64,000 nt of DNA. Source: the human T2T-CHM13v2.0 reference genome, Homo sapiens. Of this stretch, positions 12,225 through 27,300 are shown piece by piece; positions within the stretch are counted from its first letter, which is position 1; every line of letters begins with the position of its first letter. The translations under genes were made by a program, and so were the position numbers. Where the stretch lies: NCBI RefSeq assembly GCF_009914755.1, contig NC_060940.1. One strand, written 5' to 3'. The notes beneath the pieces are model-generated. The model worked only from the letters and a program-made list of their open reading frames with translations, was not told the DNA's origin and did not search any database.

Positions 12225-15200
12225 TCATTGGATGATGACTCCATTCGAGTCCATTCGATGATTCCACTCGATTCCATTAGATGACTCCATTGGAGTCCAT
12301 TTGATTGTTCCATTCGATTCCATTCGATTCCTTTCGAAGATTATTCCATTTGAGTCCATTCGATGATGATTCCATTCCATTCCATTCGATGATTCCGTTT
12401 GATTCCATTCGATGATTCCCTTCGATTCCTTTCTTTGATGATTCCATTCCATTCCATTCAATGATTCCATTCGAATCTATTCCATGATGATTCCTTTCGA
12501 TTCCATTCGCTGATGTTTCCGTTCAATTCCATTCGATGATGATTCCATTCGATTCCATTCATTGAGGATTCCATTTGATTCCATTCAATGATGATTCCAT
12601 TCTATTCCATTCAATGATTGCATTCAATTCCATTCAATGATTATCCCATTAGAGTAAACTCAACGATTCCATTCAATACCATTCAATGATGATTCCTTTT
12701 GAGTCCATTCAATGATTTCATTCAAGTCCATTTGATGATTCCTTTCAATTCCATTCTATGATGATTCCATTCGAGTCCATTCGATGATTCCATTAGAGTA
12801 CATTTAATGATTGCTTTGTTTTCAATTCGAAGATGATTGCATTGGATTCCATTCTATGATACCATTCGATTCCATTCAATGATGATTCCACTCAAATCCA
12901 TTGGATGATTCCATTCGTGTCCATTCGGTGATTTCATTAGATTCCATTCGAGGATGATTCCATTCGATTCCATTCGATGATTCCATTCAATTCCATTCGA
13001 TGATGATTCCATTCCAGTCCATATGATCATTCCATTTGATTTCATTCGATGATGATTCCATTCGATTCCATTCGACGATTCCATTCTATTCCATTCGATG
13101 ATGATTCCATTCGAGTCCATTCGATCAATCCATTCGAGTCCATTTAATGATTCCATTGGGTTCAATTCAATGATGATTACATTGGATTCCGTTCTATGAT
13201 TCCATTCAATTCCGTTCATTGACAATTTGATTCCATTCGATGATGATTCCATTTGAGTTCATTCGATGATTCTATTCGATTCTCTTCGATGGTGATTCAA
13301 TTCTATTATATTGGATGATTCCATTCGATTCCATTTGATGTTGATTCAATTCGATTCTATTCGATGATGATTCCATTGGATTTCACTTGATGATTCTATT
13401 CGATTCCATTCAATGATGATTCACTTCTCGTCCATTGGATGATTCCATTTCATTCCATTCGATGATGATTCCATTCGATTCCATTCGATGATTCCATTTG
13501 ATTCCATGCGACGGTGAGCAATTCGATTCAATTCCATGATGATTCTATTTGATTCAATTAGATGATGTTTCCATTCGAATCCATTCCATGATTATTCCAT
13601 TGGAATCCATTCGGCGATGATTCCATATGAGTCAATTCAATGATGATTCCATATGGGTCCGTTCGATGATAATTCCATTTGATTTCATTCGATGCTTCTA
13701 TTCTATTCCAGTCGATGATGATTCCGTTGGAGTCCATACGATGATTCCATTTGATTTCATTTGATGATGATTCCATTCGATGATGATTACATTGGATTCC
13801 ATTCTATGATTCCATTCAATTCCATTCGTTGATGATTCGATTCCATTCAATGATGATTCCATTTGAGTTCATTCGATGATTCTATTCGATTCCGTTCGAT
13901 GGTGATTCAATTCTATTATATTGGATGATTCCACTCGATTCCATTTGATGATTATTCCATTGGAGTCCACTTAGTGAATCCTTTAGATTCTACTCGACGA
14001 TGATTCCATTCGAGTCCATTCGATGATACCATTCAATTCCATTCGTTGATGCTTCCATTCAAGTGCATTCGATGATATCATTCGATTCCATTTGATGATA
14101 ATTCCATTTGATTCCATGCGATGATTCTATTCGATTCCATTCAATGATAATTCCATTCAATTCAGTGATTCCTCTGGACTCCATTTGATGATGATTCCAT
14201 TCAATGATTCCATTCGATTCTATTTGAAAATGATTCCATTTGAATCCATTTGATGATGATTCCATTAGATTCCATTTGATGATTCCATTCGATTCCATTC
14301 GATGATGATTCCATTCGATTCCGTTTGATGATTCCATTCTATTCTATTCGATGATGATTCCATTCGATTCCATTCGATGATGATTGGATTCAATTCCATT
14401 GGATGATTTCATTTGATTCCATTCGTTAATGATTTCGATCAATTCCATTCGATGATTCCATTCGATTCCATTCGATAATGATTACATCCGAGTCCATTCG
14501 ATGATTCCCTTTGAGCCTGTTCGATAATTCCATTTGAGTCCAACCAATGATTCCATTCATTTCCATTCAATGATTCCATTCGAGTCCATTTGATCATTCC
14601 GGTAGGGTCCATTCGATGTTGATTCCATTGGAGTGCATTCGATGATTCCATTCGAGTCCATTTTAGGATTTGATTCGAGTCCTTTCGATGATTCCATTCG
14701 ATTCCACTCGATGATGATTTCATTCGAGTCCATTCGACACTTCCAATCGATTCCATTTGATGATTCCATTCGAGTCCAATTGATGATTCCATTCAATTCC
14801 ATTCGATGATGATTCCGTACGATTCCATTCTGTGATGATTCCATGTGATTGCATTCAATGATGATTCCTTTCGATTGCATTCGATTATGATTCATTTCGT
14901 GTTCATTCTATGGTTCCACAGGTTTCCATTCGTGTCCATTCCATTATTCCATTCTATTCCATTTGATGATGATTCCGTTCGATTCCATTCATTGGTGATT
15001 CCACTCAATTCCATTCAATGATTCCATTCCATTTCTTTCAACAATGATTCCATTAGTTTCTAATCGATGATCCACTTGATTCCATTTGACGACGATTCCA
15101 TTCTTGTCCATTCGATGATTCCATTTGATTCCATATGATGATGATTCCATTCGATTCCATACCATGATGATTCCATTCGAGTCCATTCAATGGTGATTCC

Positions 15201-18200
15201 ATTCAATTCCATTCGATGTTTCCTTTTGATTCCATTCGATGATGATGGCATTCGATTCCTTTCAATCATTCCCTTTGATTCCATTCAAAGGTGATTTCAT
15301 TCAAGTCCATTCGATAATTGCATTCGATTCCATTCTATGATGATTCCATTCGAGTCCATTTGATGATTCCATTCAATTCAAGTCAATGATGATTCCATTC
15401 GATTCCATTCGATGATTCCATTGGATTCCATTCGATGATGATTCCATTCAAATCCATTCGATAATTCAATTCAAGTCCATTCGATGATGATTCCAATCGA
15501 ATCCATTCAAAGATTCCATTCAGTTCCATTCGATGATTCCCTTAGATTCCATTCGATGATTCCACTTGATTGCATTTACGATGATTCCATTCGATTCCAT
15601 GTGATGATTCCATTCAATTCTATTCAATGATGTCTCCATTTGATTCCATTCGACCATGATTGCCTTTGATTCCATTCAATGATTCCATTCGGTTCCGTTT
15701 GATGATGATTCCGTTCGATTCCATTTGATGATTCCATTTGATTCCATTGGATGAGTCCATTCGATTACATTCGATGATTATTCCATTCGAGTGCATTAGA
15801 TGATTCCATTCGAGTCCATTCGATGATTCCATTCGATTCCATTCGATGTTGATTCTGTTCAAATCCATTCGATGATTCCACTCGATTCCATTCGTTGACT
15901 CCATTTGATCCCATTCGATGATTTCCTTTGATTCCCTTTGATGATCATTCCATTTGATTCAATTCGGTGATTTCATTTGATTCCATTCAGTGATGTTTCC
16001 ATTCGACTCCATTCGATGATGATTCCATTCGACTCCATTCGATTATGATTTCATTCAATTCCATTCGATAATGATTCCCTTCGAGTCCATTCGATGATTC
16101 CATTCGATTCCATTCAACAATGATTTGATTCGTGTCCATTCGATGATTCCATTTGATTCCACATGATGATGATTCCATTCGAGTCCATTTGATGATTCCA
16201 TTCAATTCCATACTCCGATGATTTCTTTTGAGCCCACTCAATGCTTCCACTCGATTCCATATGATGATGACTCCATTCGATGAAATTCGATGATGATTCC
16301 ATTCGCTTGCTTTCGATGATGATTCCACTTGAGTCCGTTAGAAGATTCTATTCAATTACATTCCATGACGATTCCGTTCGAGTCCATTTGATGATTCCAT
16401 TAGACTCCATTCGACGATGATTCCATTCGATGTTATTCCATGATTCCATTCGATCTCATTCGATGATGATTCCATTCAACTCCATTCGATGTTTCCATTC
16501 GAGTTCATTCTATTATTCCATTAGATTCCATTCGATGATGATTCCATTCGATTCCATTTGATGATTGCATTCTATTTCATTTGATGTTGATTCCATTCGA
16601 GTCCACTCGATGATTCCATTCGAGTCCATTTAATGAATCCATTGGTTTCAATTCTATGATGATTACATTGGATTCCATTCGTTGATGATTTCATTCGGTT
16701 CCATTCAATGATGATTCCATTCAATTCCTTTCAATGTTTCCATTCAATTCCATACGATGATGATTCCATTTGATTTGATTCGACAGTGAGCCATTCGATT
16801 CAATTCCATGATGATTCTATTTGATTCAATTGGTTGACATTTCCATTCGATTCCATTCGATGATGATTCCCTTTGATTCCGTTCAAAGATGATTCCATTC
16901 TAGCCCATTCAATCATTCCATTCGATTCTATTCAATGATGATTCCATTCATGTCGATTTGGTGATTCCATTTGACTTCATTTGATGATGATTCCTTTCAA
17001 GTTCATTAGATGATTCCATTCGATTCCATTTGATGATGATCCCATTCGAGTCCATTCAGTGATTCCATTCGTTTCCATTCCATGATGATTCCATTCCTTT
17101 CCATTCAATGATTCCATTCGATTCCGTTTGATGATGATTTCATTCGAGTCCATTTGATGATTCCATTTGATTCCATTCGATGATGATTCCATTCGAGTCC
17201 ATTCGATGATTCTATTCGAATCCATTTGATGATTTCTTTTGATTATATTTGGTGATGATTCCATTGGAGTCCATTCAATGATTCCATTCGATTCCAATCG
17301 ATGATGATTCCATTAGAGTCCATTTAATGATTCCATTTGATTCCAGTCTCTGATGATTACATTCGAGTCCATACGATGATTCCACTCAATTCCATATGAT
17401 GATGATTCCATTTGATTCCATTCGGTGATTCCATTCTATTCTATTCAATGGTGATTCCATTCGAGTACATTAGATGATTCCATTCGATTCCATTCAATGA
17501 TGATTCTATTTGTGTCCCTTAGATGATTCCACATGATTCCATTAGATGATGATACTATTTGAGCCCATCCAATGATTCCCTTCGATTCCATTCGATGAGG
17601 ATTCCATTCGATTCAATTCATTGGTGATTCTATTCAATTCAATTCTTTGATTCCATTCCATTCCATTCGACAATGATTCCATTCGATTTCTTTCGATGAT
17701 TCCACTCGATTCCACTTGACATTGATTCCATTCGATTCCATTCAATGATTCCATTTGATTCCAGTGGATGATGATTGCCATCGATTCCATTCGATCACTC
17801 CATTCTATTCCATTTGATGATGATTACATTCGATTCCATTTGATGATTCCATCTGATTCTATTCGAGGATTCCATTTGATTCCATTCGATGATGATTCCA
17901 TTCGAGTCCATTCGATGATTTCATTCGAGTACATCCAATGATTCCATTCGAGTCCATTAGATGATTCCATTTGATTCCATTTGAAAATGATTCTACTAGA
18001 GTCCATTCAATGACTCCATTCGAGTCCATTCAACAATTCCATTCGACTCCATTCGATGATTCCATTCGATTCCATTTGATGGTTCCATTCGAGTCCATTT
18101 AATCATTACAGTCGAGTCCATTTGTTGATTCCACTGGATTTCTTTTGATAATGATACCATTCAATTACATTTGATGATGATCCCATTCAATTTCATTTGA

Positions 18201-18264
18201 TGATGATTCCATTAGAGTCCATTCGATGATTTCATTCGAGTCCCTTCATTGATTCCATCCGATT
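12225..18264 (+). repeat. Higher-order unit U3 (6040 bp; 72-bp deletion variant)
   Basis: Anchors at 12225 and 18265; lacks the equivalent of U1 571-642, junction at about 12794. Confidence 0.95.
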
Positions 18265-21200
18265 TCATTGGATGATGACTCCATTCGAGTCCATTCGATG
18301 ATTCCACTCGATTCCATTAGATGACTCCATTGGAGTCCATTTGATTGTTCCATTCGATTCCATTCGATTCCTTTCGAAGATTATTCCATTTGAGTCCATT
18401 CGATGATGATTCCATTCCATTCCATTCGATGATTCCGTTTGATTCCATTCGATGATTCCCTTCGATTCCTTTCTTTGATGATTCCATTCCATTCCATTCA
18501 ATGATTCCATTCGAATCTATTCCATGATGATTCCTTTCGATTCCATTCGCTGATGTTTCCGTTCAATTACATTCGATGATGATTCCATTCGATTCCATTC
18601 ATTGAGGATTCCATTTGATTCCATTCAATGATGATTCCATTCTATTCCATTCAATGATTGCATTCAATTCCATTCAATGATTATCCCATTAGAGTAAACT
18701 CAACGATTCCATTCAATACCATTCGATGATGATTCCTTTTGAGTCCATTCAATGATTTCATTCAAGTCCATTTGATGATTCCTTTCAATTCCATTCTATG
18801 ATGATTCCATTCGAGTCCATTCGATGATTCCATTCGATTGCATTCGATGATTCCATTATATTCCATTCAACGGTGATTCCATTCGAGTCCATTCCATGAT
18901 TCCATTAGAGTACATTTAATGATTGCTTTGTTTTCAATTCGAAGATGATTACATTGGATTCCATTCTATGATACCATTCGATTCCATTCAATGATGATTC
19001 CACTCAAATCCATTGGATGATTCCATTCGTGTCCATTCGGTGATTTCATTAGATTCCATTCGAGGACGATTCCATTCGATTCCATTCGATGATTCCATTC
19101 AATTCCATTCGATGATGATTCCATTCCAGTCCATATGATCATTCCATTTGATTTCATTCGATGATGATTCCATTCGATTCCATTCGACGATTCCATTCTA
19201 TTCCATTCGATGATGATTCCATTCGAGTCCATTCGATGATTCCATTCGAGTCCATTTAATGACTCCATTGGGTTCAATTCAATGATGATTACATTGGATT
19301 CCGTTCTATGATTCCATTCAATTCCGTTCATTGACAATTTGATTCCATTCGATGATGATTCCATTTGAGTTCATTCGATGATTCTATTCGATTCTCTTCG
19401 ATGGTGATTCAATTCTATTATATTGGATGATTCCATTCGATTCCATTTGATGTTGATTCAATTCGATTCTATTCGATGATGATTCCATTGGATTTCACTT
19501 GATGATTCTATTCGATTCCATTCAATGATGATTCACTTCTCGTCCATTGGATGATTCCATTTCATTCCATTCGATGATGATTCCATTCGATTCCATTCGA
19601 TGATTCCATTTGATTCCATGCGACGGTGAGCAATTCGATTCAATTCCATGATGATTCTATTTGATTCAATTAGATGATGTTTCCATTCGAATCCATTCCA
19701 TGATTATTCCATTGGAATCCATTCGGCGATGATTCCATATGAGTCAATTCAATGATGATTCCATATGGGTCCGTTCGATGATAATTCCATTTGATTTCAT
19801 TCGATGCTTCTATTCTATTCCAGTCGATGATGATTCCGTTGGAGTCCATACGATGATTCCATTTGATTTCATTTGATGATGATTCCATTCGATGATGATT
19901 ACATTGGATTCCATTCTATGATTCCATTCAATTCCATTCGTTGATGATTCGATTCCCTTCAATGATGATTCCACTTGAGTTCATTCGATGATTCTATTCG
20001 ATTCCGTTCGATGGAGATTCAATTCTCTTATATTGGATGATTCCACTCGATTCCATTTGATGATTATTCCATTGGAGTCCACTTAGTGAATCCTTTAGAT
20101 TCTACTCGAAGATGATTCCATTCGAGTCCATTCGATGATACCATTCAATTCCATTCGTTGATGCTTCCATTCAAGTGCATTCGATGATATCATTCGATTC
20201 CATTTGATGATAATTCCATTTGATTCCATGCGATGATTCTATTCGATTCCATTCAATGATAATTCCATTCAATTCAGTGATTCCTCTGGACTCCATTTGA
20301 TGATGATTCCATTCAATGATTCCATTCGATTCTATTCGAAAATGATTCCATTTGAATCCATTTGATGATGATTCCATTAGATTCCATTTGATGATTCCAT
20401 TCGATTCCATTCGACGATGATTCCATTCGATTCCGTTTGATGATTCCATTCTATTCTATTCGATGATGATTCCATTCGATTCCATTCGATGATGATTGGA
20501 TTCGATTCCATTTGATGATTTCATTTGATTCCATTCGTTAATGATTTCGATCAATTCCATTCGATGATTCCATTCGATTCCATTCGATAATGATTACATC
20601 CGAGTCCATTCGATGATTCCATTTGAGCCTGTTCGATAATTCCATTTGAGTCCAACCAATGATTCCATTCATTTCCATTCAATGATTCCATTCGAGTCCA
20701 TTTGATCATTCCGGTTGGGTCCATTCGATGTTGATTCCATTGGAGTGCATTCGATGATTCCATTCGAGTCCATTTTAGGATTTGATTCGAGTCCTTTCGA
20801 TGATTCCATTCGATTCCACTCGATGATGATTTCATTCGAGTCCATTCGACACTTCCAATCGATTCCATTTGATGATTCCATTCGAGTCCAATTGATGATT
20901 CCATTCAATTCCATTCGATGATGATTCCGTACGATTCCATTCTGTGATGATTCCTTGTGATTGCATTCAATGATGATTCCTTTCGATTGCATTCGATTAT
21001 GATTCATTTCGTGTTCATTCTATGGTTCCACAGGTTTCCATTCGTGTCCATTCCATTATTCCATTCTATTCCATTTGATGATGATTCCATTCGATTCCAT
21101 TCATTGGTGATTCCACTCAATTCCATTCAATGATTCCATTCCATTTCTTTCAACAATGATTCCATTAGTTTCTAATCGATGATCCACTTGATTCCATTTG

Positions 21201-24200
21201 ACGACGATTCCATTCTTGTCCATTCGATGATTCCATTTGATTCCATATGATGATGATTCCATTCGATTCCATACCATGATGATTCCATTCGAGTCCATTC
21301 AATGGTGATTCCATTCAATTCCATTCGATGATTCCTTTCGATTCCATTCGATGATGATGGCATTCGATTCCTTTCAATCATTCCCTTTGATTCCATTCAA
21401 AGGTGATTTCATTCAAGTCCATTCGATAATTGCATTCGATTCCATTCTATGATGATTCCATTCGAGTCCATTTGATGATTCCATTCAATTCAAGTCAATG
21501 ATGATTCCATTCGATTCCATTCGATGATTCCATTGGATTCCATTCGATGATGATTCCATTCAAATCCATTCGATAATTCAATTCAAGTCCATTCGATGAT
21601 GATTCCAATCGAATCCATTCAAAGATTCCATTCAGTTCCATTCGATGATTCCCTTAGATTCCATTCGATGATTCCACTTGATTGCATTTACGATGATTCC
21701 ATTCGATTCCATGTGATGATTCCATTCAATTCTATTCAATGATGTCTCCATTTGATTCCATTCGACCATGATTGCCTTTGATTCCATTCAATGATTCCAT
21801 TCGGTTCCGTTTGATGATGATTCCGTTCGATTCCATTTGATGATTCCATTTGATTCCATTGGATGAGTCCATTCGATTACATTCGATGATTATTCCATTC
21901 GAGTGCATTAGATGATTCCATTCGAGTCCATTCGATGATTCCATTCGATTCCATTCGATGTTGATTCTGTTCAAATCCATTCGATGATTCCACTCGATTC
22001 CATTCGTTGACTCCATTTGATCCCATTCGATGATTTCCTTTGATTCCCTTTGATGATCATTCCATTTGATTCAATTCGGTGATTTCATTTGATTCCATTC
22101 AGTGATGTTTCCATTCGACTCCATTCGATGATGATTCCATTCGACTCCATTCGATTATGATTTCATTCAATTCCATTCGATAATGATTCCCTTCGAGTCC
22201 ATTCGATGATTCCATTCGATTCCATTCAACGATGATTTGATTCGTGTCCATTCGATGATTCCATTTGATTCCACTTGATGATGATTCCATTCGAGTCCAT
22301 TTGATGATTCCATTCAATTCCATACTCCGATGATTTCTTTTGAGCCCACTCAATGCTTCCACTCGATTCCATATGATGATGACTCCATTCGATGAAATTC
22401 GATGATGATTCCATTCGCTTGCTTTCGATGATGATTCCACTTGAGTCCGTTAGAAGATTCTATTCAATTACATTCCATGACGATTCCGTTCGAGTCCATT
22501 TGATGATTCCATTAGACTCCATTCGACGATGATTCCATTCGATGTTATTCGATGATTCCATTCGATCTCATTCGATGATGATTCCATTCAACTCCATTCG
22601 ATGTTTCCATTCGAGTTCATTCTATTATTCCATTAGATTCAATTCGATGATGATTCCATTCGATTCCATTTGATGATTGCATTCTATTTCATTTGATGAT
22701 GATTCCATTCGAGTCCACTCGATGATTCCATTCGAGTCCATTTAATGAATCCATTGGTTTCAATTCTATGATGATTACATTGGATTCCATTCGTTGATGA
22801 TTTCATTCGGTTCCATTCAATGATGATTCCATTCAATTCCTTTCAATGTTTCCATTCAATTCCATACGATGATGATTCCATTTGATTTGATTCGACAGTG
22901 AGCCATTCGATTCAATTCCATGATTATTCTATTTGATTCAATTGGTTGACATTTCCATTCAATTCCATTCGATGATGATTCCCTTTGATTCCGTTCAACG
23001 ATGATTCCATTCTAGCCCATTCAATCATTCCATTCGATTCTATTCAATGATGATTCCATTCATGTCGATTTGGTGATTCCATTTGACTTCATTTGATGAT
23101 GATTCCTTTCAAGTTCCTTAGATGATTCCATTCGATTCCATTTGATGATGATCCCATTCGAGTCCATTCAGTGATTCCATTCGTTTCCATTCCATGATGA
23201 TTCCATTCCTTTCCATTCAATGATTCCATTCGATTCCGTTTGATGATGATTTCATTCGAGTCCATTTGATGATTCCATTTGATTCCATTCGATGATGATT
23301 CCATTCGAGTCCATTCGATGATTCTATTCGAATCCATTTGATGATTTCTTTTGATTATATTTGGTGATGATTCCATTGGAGTCCATTCAATGATTCCATT
23401 CTATTCCAATCGATGATGATTCCATTAGAGTCCATTTAATGATTCCATTTGATTCCAGTCTCTGATGATTACATTCGAGTCCATACGATGATTCCACTCA
23501 ATTCCATATGATGATGATTCCATTTGATTCCATTCGGTGATTCCATTCTATTCTATTCAATGGTGATTCCATTCGAGTACATTAGATGATTCCATTCGAT
23601 TCCATTCAATGATGATTCTATTTGTGTCCCTTAGATGATTCCACATGATTCCATTACATGATGATACTATTTGAGCCCATCCAATGATTCCCTTCGATTC
23701 CATTCGATGAGGATTCCATTCGATTCAATTCATTGGTGATTCTATTCAATTCAATTCTTTGATTCCATTCCATTCCATTCGACAATGATTCCATTCGATT
23801 TCTTTCGATGATTCCACTTGATTCCACTTGACATTGATTCCATTCGATTCCATTCAATGATTCCATTTGATTCCAGTGGATGATGATTGCCATCGATTCC
23901 ATTCGATCACTCCATTCTATTCCATTTGATGATGATTACATTCGATTCCATTTGATGATTCCATCTGATTCTATTCGAGGATTCCATTTGATTCCATTCG
24001 ATGATGATTCCATTCGAGTCCATTCGATGATTTCATTCGAGTACATCCAATGATTCCATTCGAGTCCATTAGATGATTCCATTTGATTCCATTTGAAAAT
24101 GATTCTACTAGAGTCCATTCAATGACTCCATTCGAGTCCATTCAACAATTCCATTCGACTCCATTCGATGATTCCATTCGATTCCATTTGATGGTTCCAT

Positions 24201-24376
24201 TCGAGTCCATTTAATCATTACAGTCGAGTCCATTTGGTGATTCCACTGGATTTCTTTTGATAATGATACCATTCAATTACATTTGATGATGATCCCATTC
24301 AATTTCATTTGATGATGATTCCATTAGAGTCCATTCGATGATTTCATTCGAGTCCCTTCATTGATTCCATCCGATT
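18265..24376 (+). repeat. Higher-order unit U4 (6112 bp; mosaic)
   Basis: Anchors at 18265 and 24377; carries variants at 20027, 20110 and 20621 otherwise seen only in U8-U11. Confidence 0.95.
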
Positions 24377-27300
24377 TCATTGGATGATGACTCCATTCGA
24401 GTCCATTCGATGTTTCCACTCGATTCCATTAGATGACTCCATTGGAGTCCATTTGATTGTTCCATTCGATTCCATTCGATTCATTTCAAAGATTATTCCA
24501 TTTGAGTCCATTCGATGATGATTCCATTCCATTCCATTCGATGATTCCGTTTGATTCCATTCGATGATTCCCTTCGATTCCTTTCTTTGATGATTCCATT
24601 CCATTCCATTCAATGATTCCATTCGAATCTATTCCATGATGATTCCTTTCGATTCCATTCGCTGATGTTTCCGTTCAATTCCATTCGATGATGATTCCAT
24701 TCGATTCCATTCATTGAGGATTCCATTTGATTCCATTCAATGATGATTCCATTCTATTCCATTCAATGATTGCATTCAATTCCATTCAATGATTATCCCA
24801 TTAGAGTAAACTCAACGATTCCATTCAATACCATTCGATGATGATTCCTTTTGAGTCCATTCAATGATTTCATTCAAGTCCATTTGATGATTCCTTTCAA
24901 TTCCATTCTATGATGATTCCATTCGAGTCCATTCGATGATTCCATTCGATTGCATTCGATGATTCCATTATATTCCATTCAACGGTGATTCCATTCGAGT
25001 CCATTCCATGATTCCATTAGAGTACATTTAATGATTGCTTTGTTTTCAATTCGAAGATGATTACATTGGATTCCATTCTATGATACCATTCGATTCCATT
25101 CAATGATGATTCCACTCAAATCCATTGGATGATTCCATTCGTGTCCATTCGGTGATTTCATTAGATTCCATTCGAGGATGATTCCATTCGATTCCATTCG
25201 ATGATTCCATTCAATTCCATTCGATGATGATTCCATTCCAGTCCATATGATCATTCCATTTGATTTCATTCGATGATGATTCCATTCGATTCGATTCGAC
25301 GATTCCATTCTATTCCATTCGATGATGATTCCATTCGAGTCCATTCGATCATTCCATTCGAGTCCATTTAATGATTCCATTGGGTTCAATTCAATGATGA
25401 TTACATTGGATTCCGTTCTATGATTCCATTCAATTCCGTTCATTGACAATTTGATTCCATTCGATGATGATTCCATTTGAGTTCATTCGATGATTCTATT
25501 CGATTCTCTTCGATGGTGATTCAATTCTATTATATTGGATGATTCCATTCGATTCCATTTGATGTTGATTCAATTCGATTCTATTCGATGATGATTCCAT
25601 TGGATTTCACTTGATGATTCTATTCGATTCCATTCAATGATGATTCACTTCTCGTCCATTGGATGATTCCATTTCATTCCATTCGATGATGATTCCATTC
25701 GATTCCATTCGATGATTCCATTTGATTCCATGCGACGGTGAGCAATTCGATTCAATTCCATGATGATTCTATTTGATTCAATTAGATGATGTTTCCATTC
25801 GAATCCATTCCATGATTATTCCATTGGAATCCATTTGGCGATGATTCCATATGAGTCAATTCAATGATGATTCCATATGGGTCCGTTCGATGATAATTCC
25901 ATTTGATTTCATTCGATGCTTCTATTCTATTCCAGTCGATGATGATTCCGTTGGAGTCCATACGATGATTCCATTTGATTTCATTTGATGATGATTCCAT
26001 TCGATGATGATTACATTGGATTCCATTCTATGATTCCATTCAATTCCATTCGTTGATGATTCGATTCCATTCAATGATGATTCCATTTGAGTTCATTCGA
26101 TGATTCTATTCGATTCCGTTCGATGGTGATTCAATTCTATTATATTGGATGATTCCACTCGATTCCATTTGATGATTATTCCATTGGAGTCCACTTAGTG
26201 AATCCTTTAGATTCTACTCGACGATGATTCCATTCGAGTCCATTCGATGATACCATTCAATTCCATTCGTTGATGCTTCCATTCAAGTGCATTCGATGAT
26301 ATCATTCGATTCCATTTGATGATAATTCCATTTGATTCCATGCGATGATTCTATTCGATTCCATTCAATGATAATTCCATTCAATTCAGTGATTCCTCTG
26401 GACTCCATTTGATGATGATTCCATTCAATGATTCCATTCGATTCTATTCGAAAATGATTCCATTTGAATCCATTTGATGATGATTCCATTAGATTCCATT
26501 TGATGATTCCATTCGATTCCATTCGACGATGATTCCATTCGATTCCGTTTGATGATTCCATTCTATTCTATTTGATGATGATTCCATTCGATTCCATTCG
26601 ATGATGATTGGATTCGATTCCATTGGATGATTTCATTTGATTCCATTCGTTAATGATTTCGATCAATTCCATTCGATGATTCCATTCGATTCCATTCGAT
26701 AATGATTACATCCGAGTCCATTCGATGATTCCCTTTGAGCCTGTTCGATAATTCCATTTGAGTCCAACCAATGATTCCATTCATTTCCATTCAATGATTC
26801 CATTCGAGTCCATTTGATCATTCCGGTAGGGTCCATTCGATGTTGATTCCATTGGAGTGCATTCGATGATTCCATTCGAGTCCATTTTAGGATTTGATTC
26901 GAGTCCTTTCGATGATTCCATTCGATTCCACTCGATGATGATTTCATTCGAGTCCATTCGACACTTCCAATCGATTCCATTTGATGATTCCATTCGAGTC
27001 CAATTGATGATTCCATTCAATTCCATTCGATGATGATTCCGTACGATTCCATTCTGTGATGATTCCATGTGATTGCATTCAATGATGATTCCTTTCGATT
27101 GCATTCGATTATGATTCATTTCGTGTTCATTCTATGGTTCCACAGGTTTCCATTCGTGTCCATTCCATTATTCCATTCTATTCCATTTGATGATGATTCC
27201 ATTCGATTCCATTCATTGGTGATTCCACTCAATTCCATTCAATGATTCCATTCCATTTCTTTCAACAATGATTCCATTAGTTTCTAATCGATGATCCACT

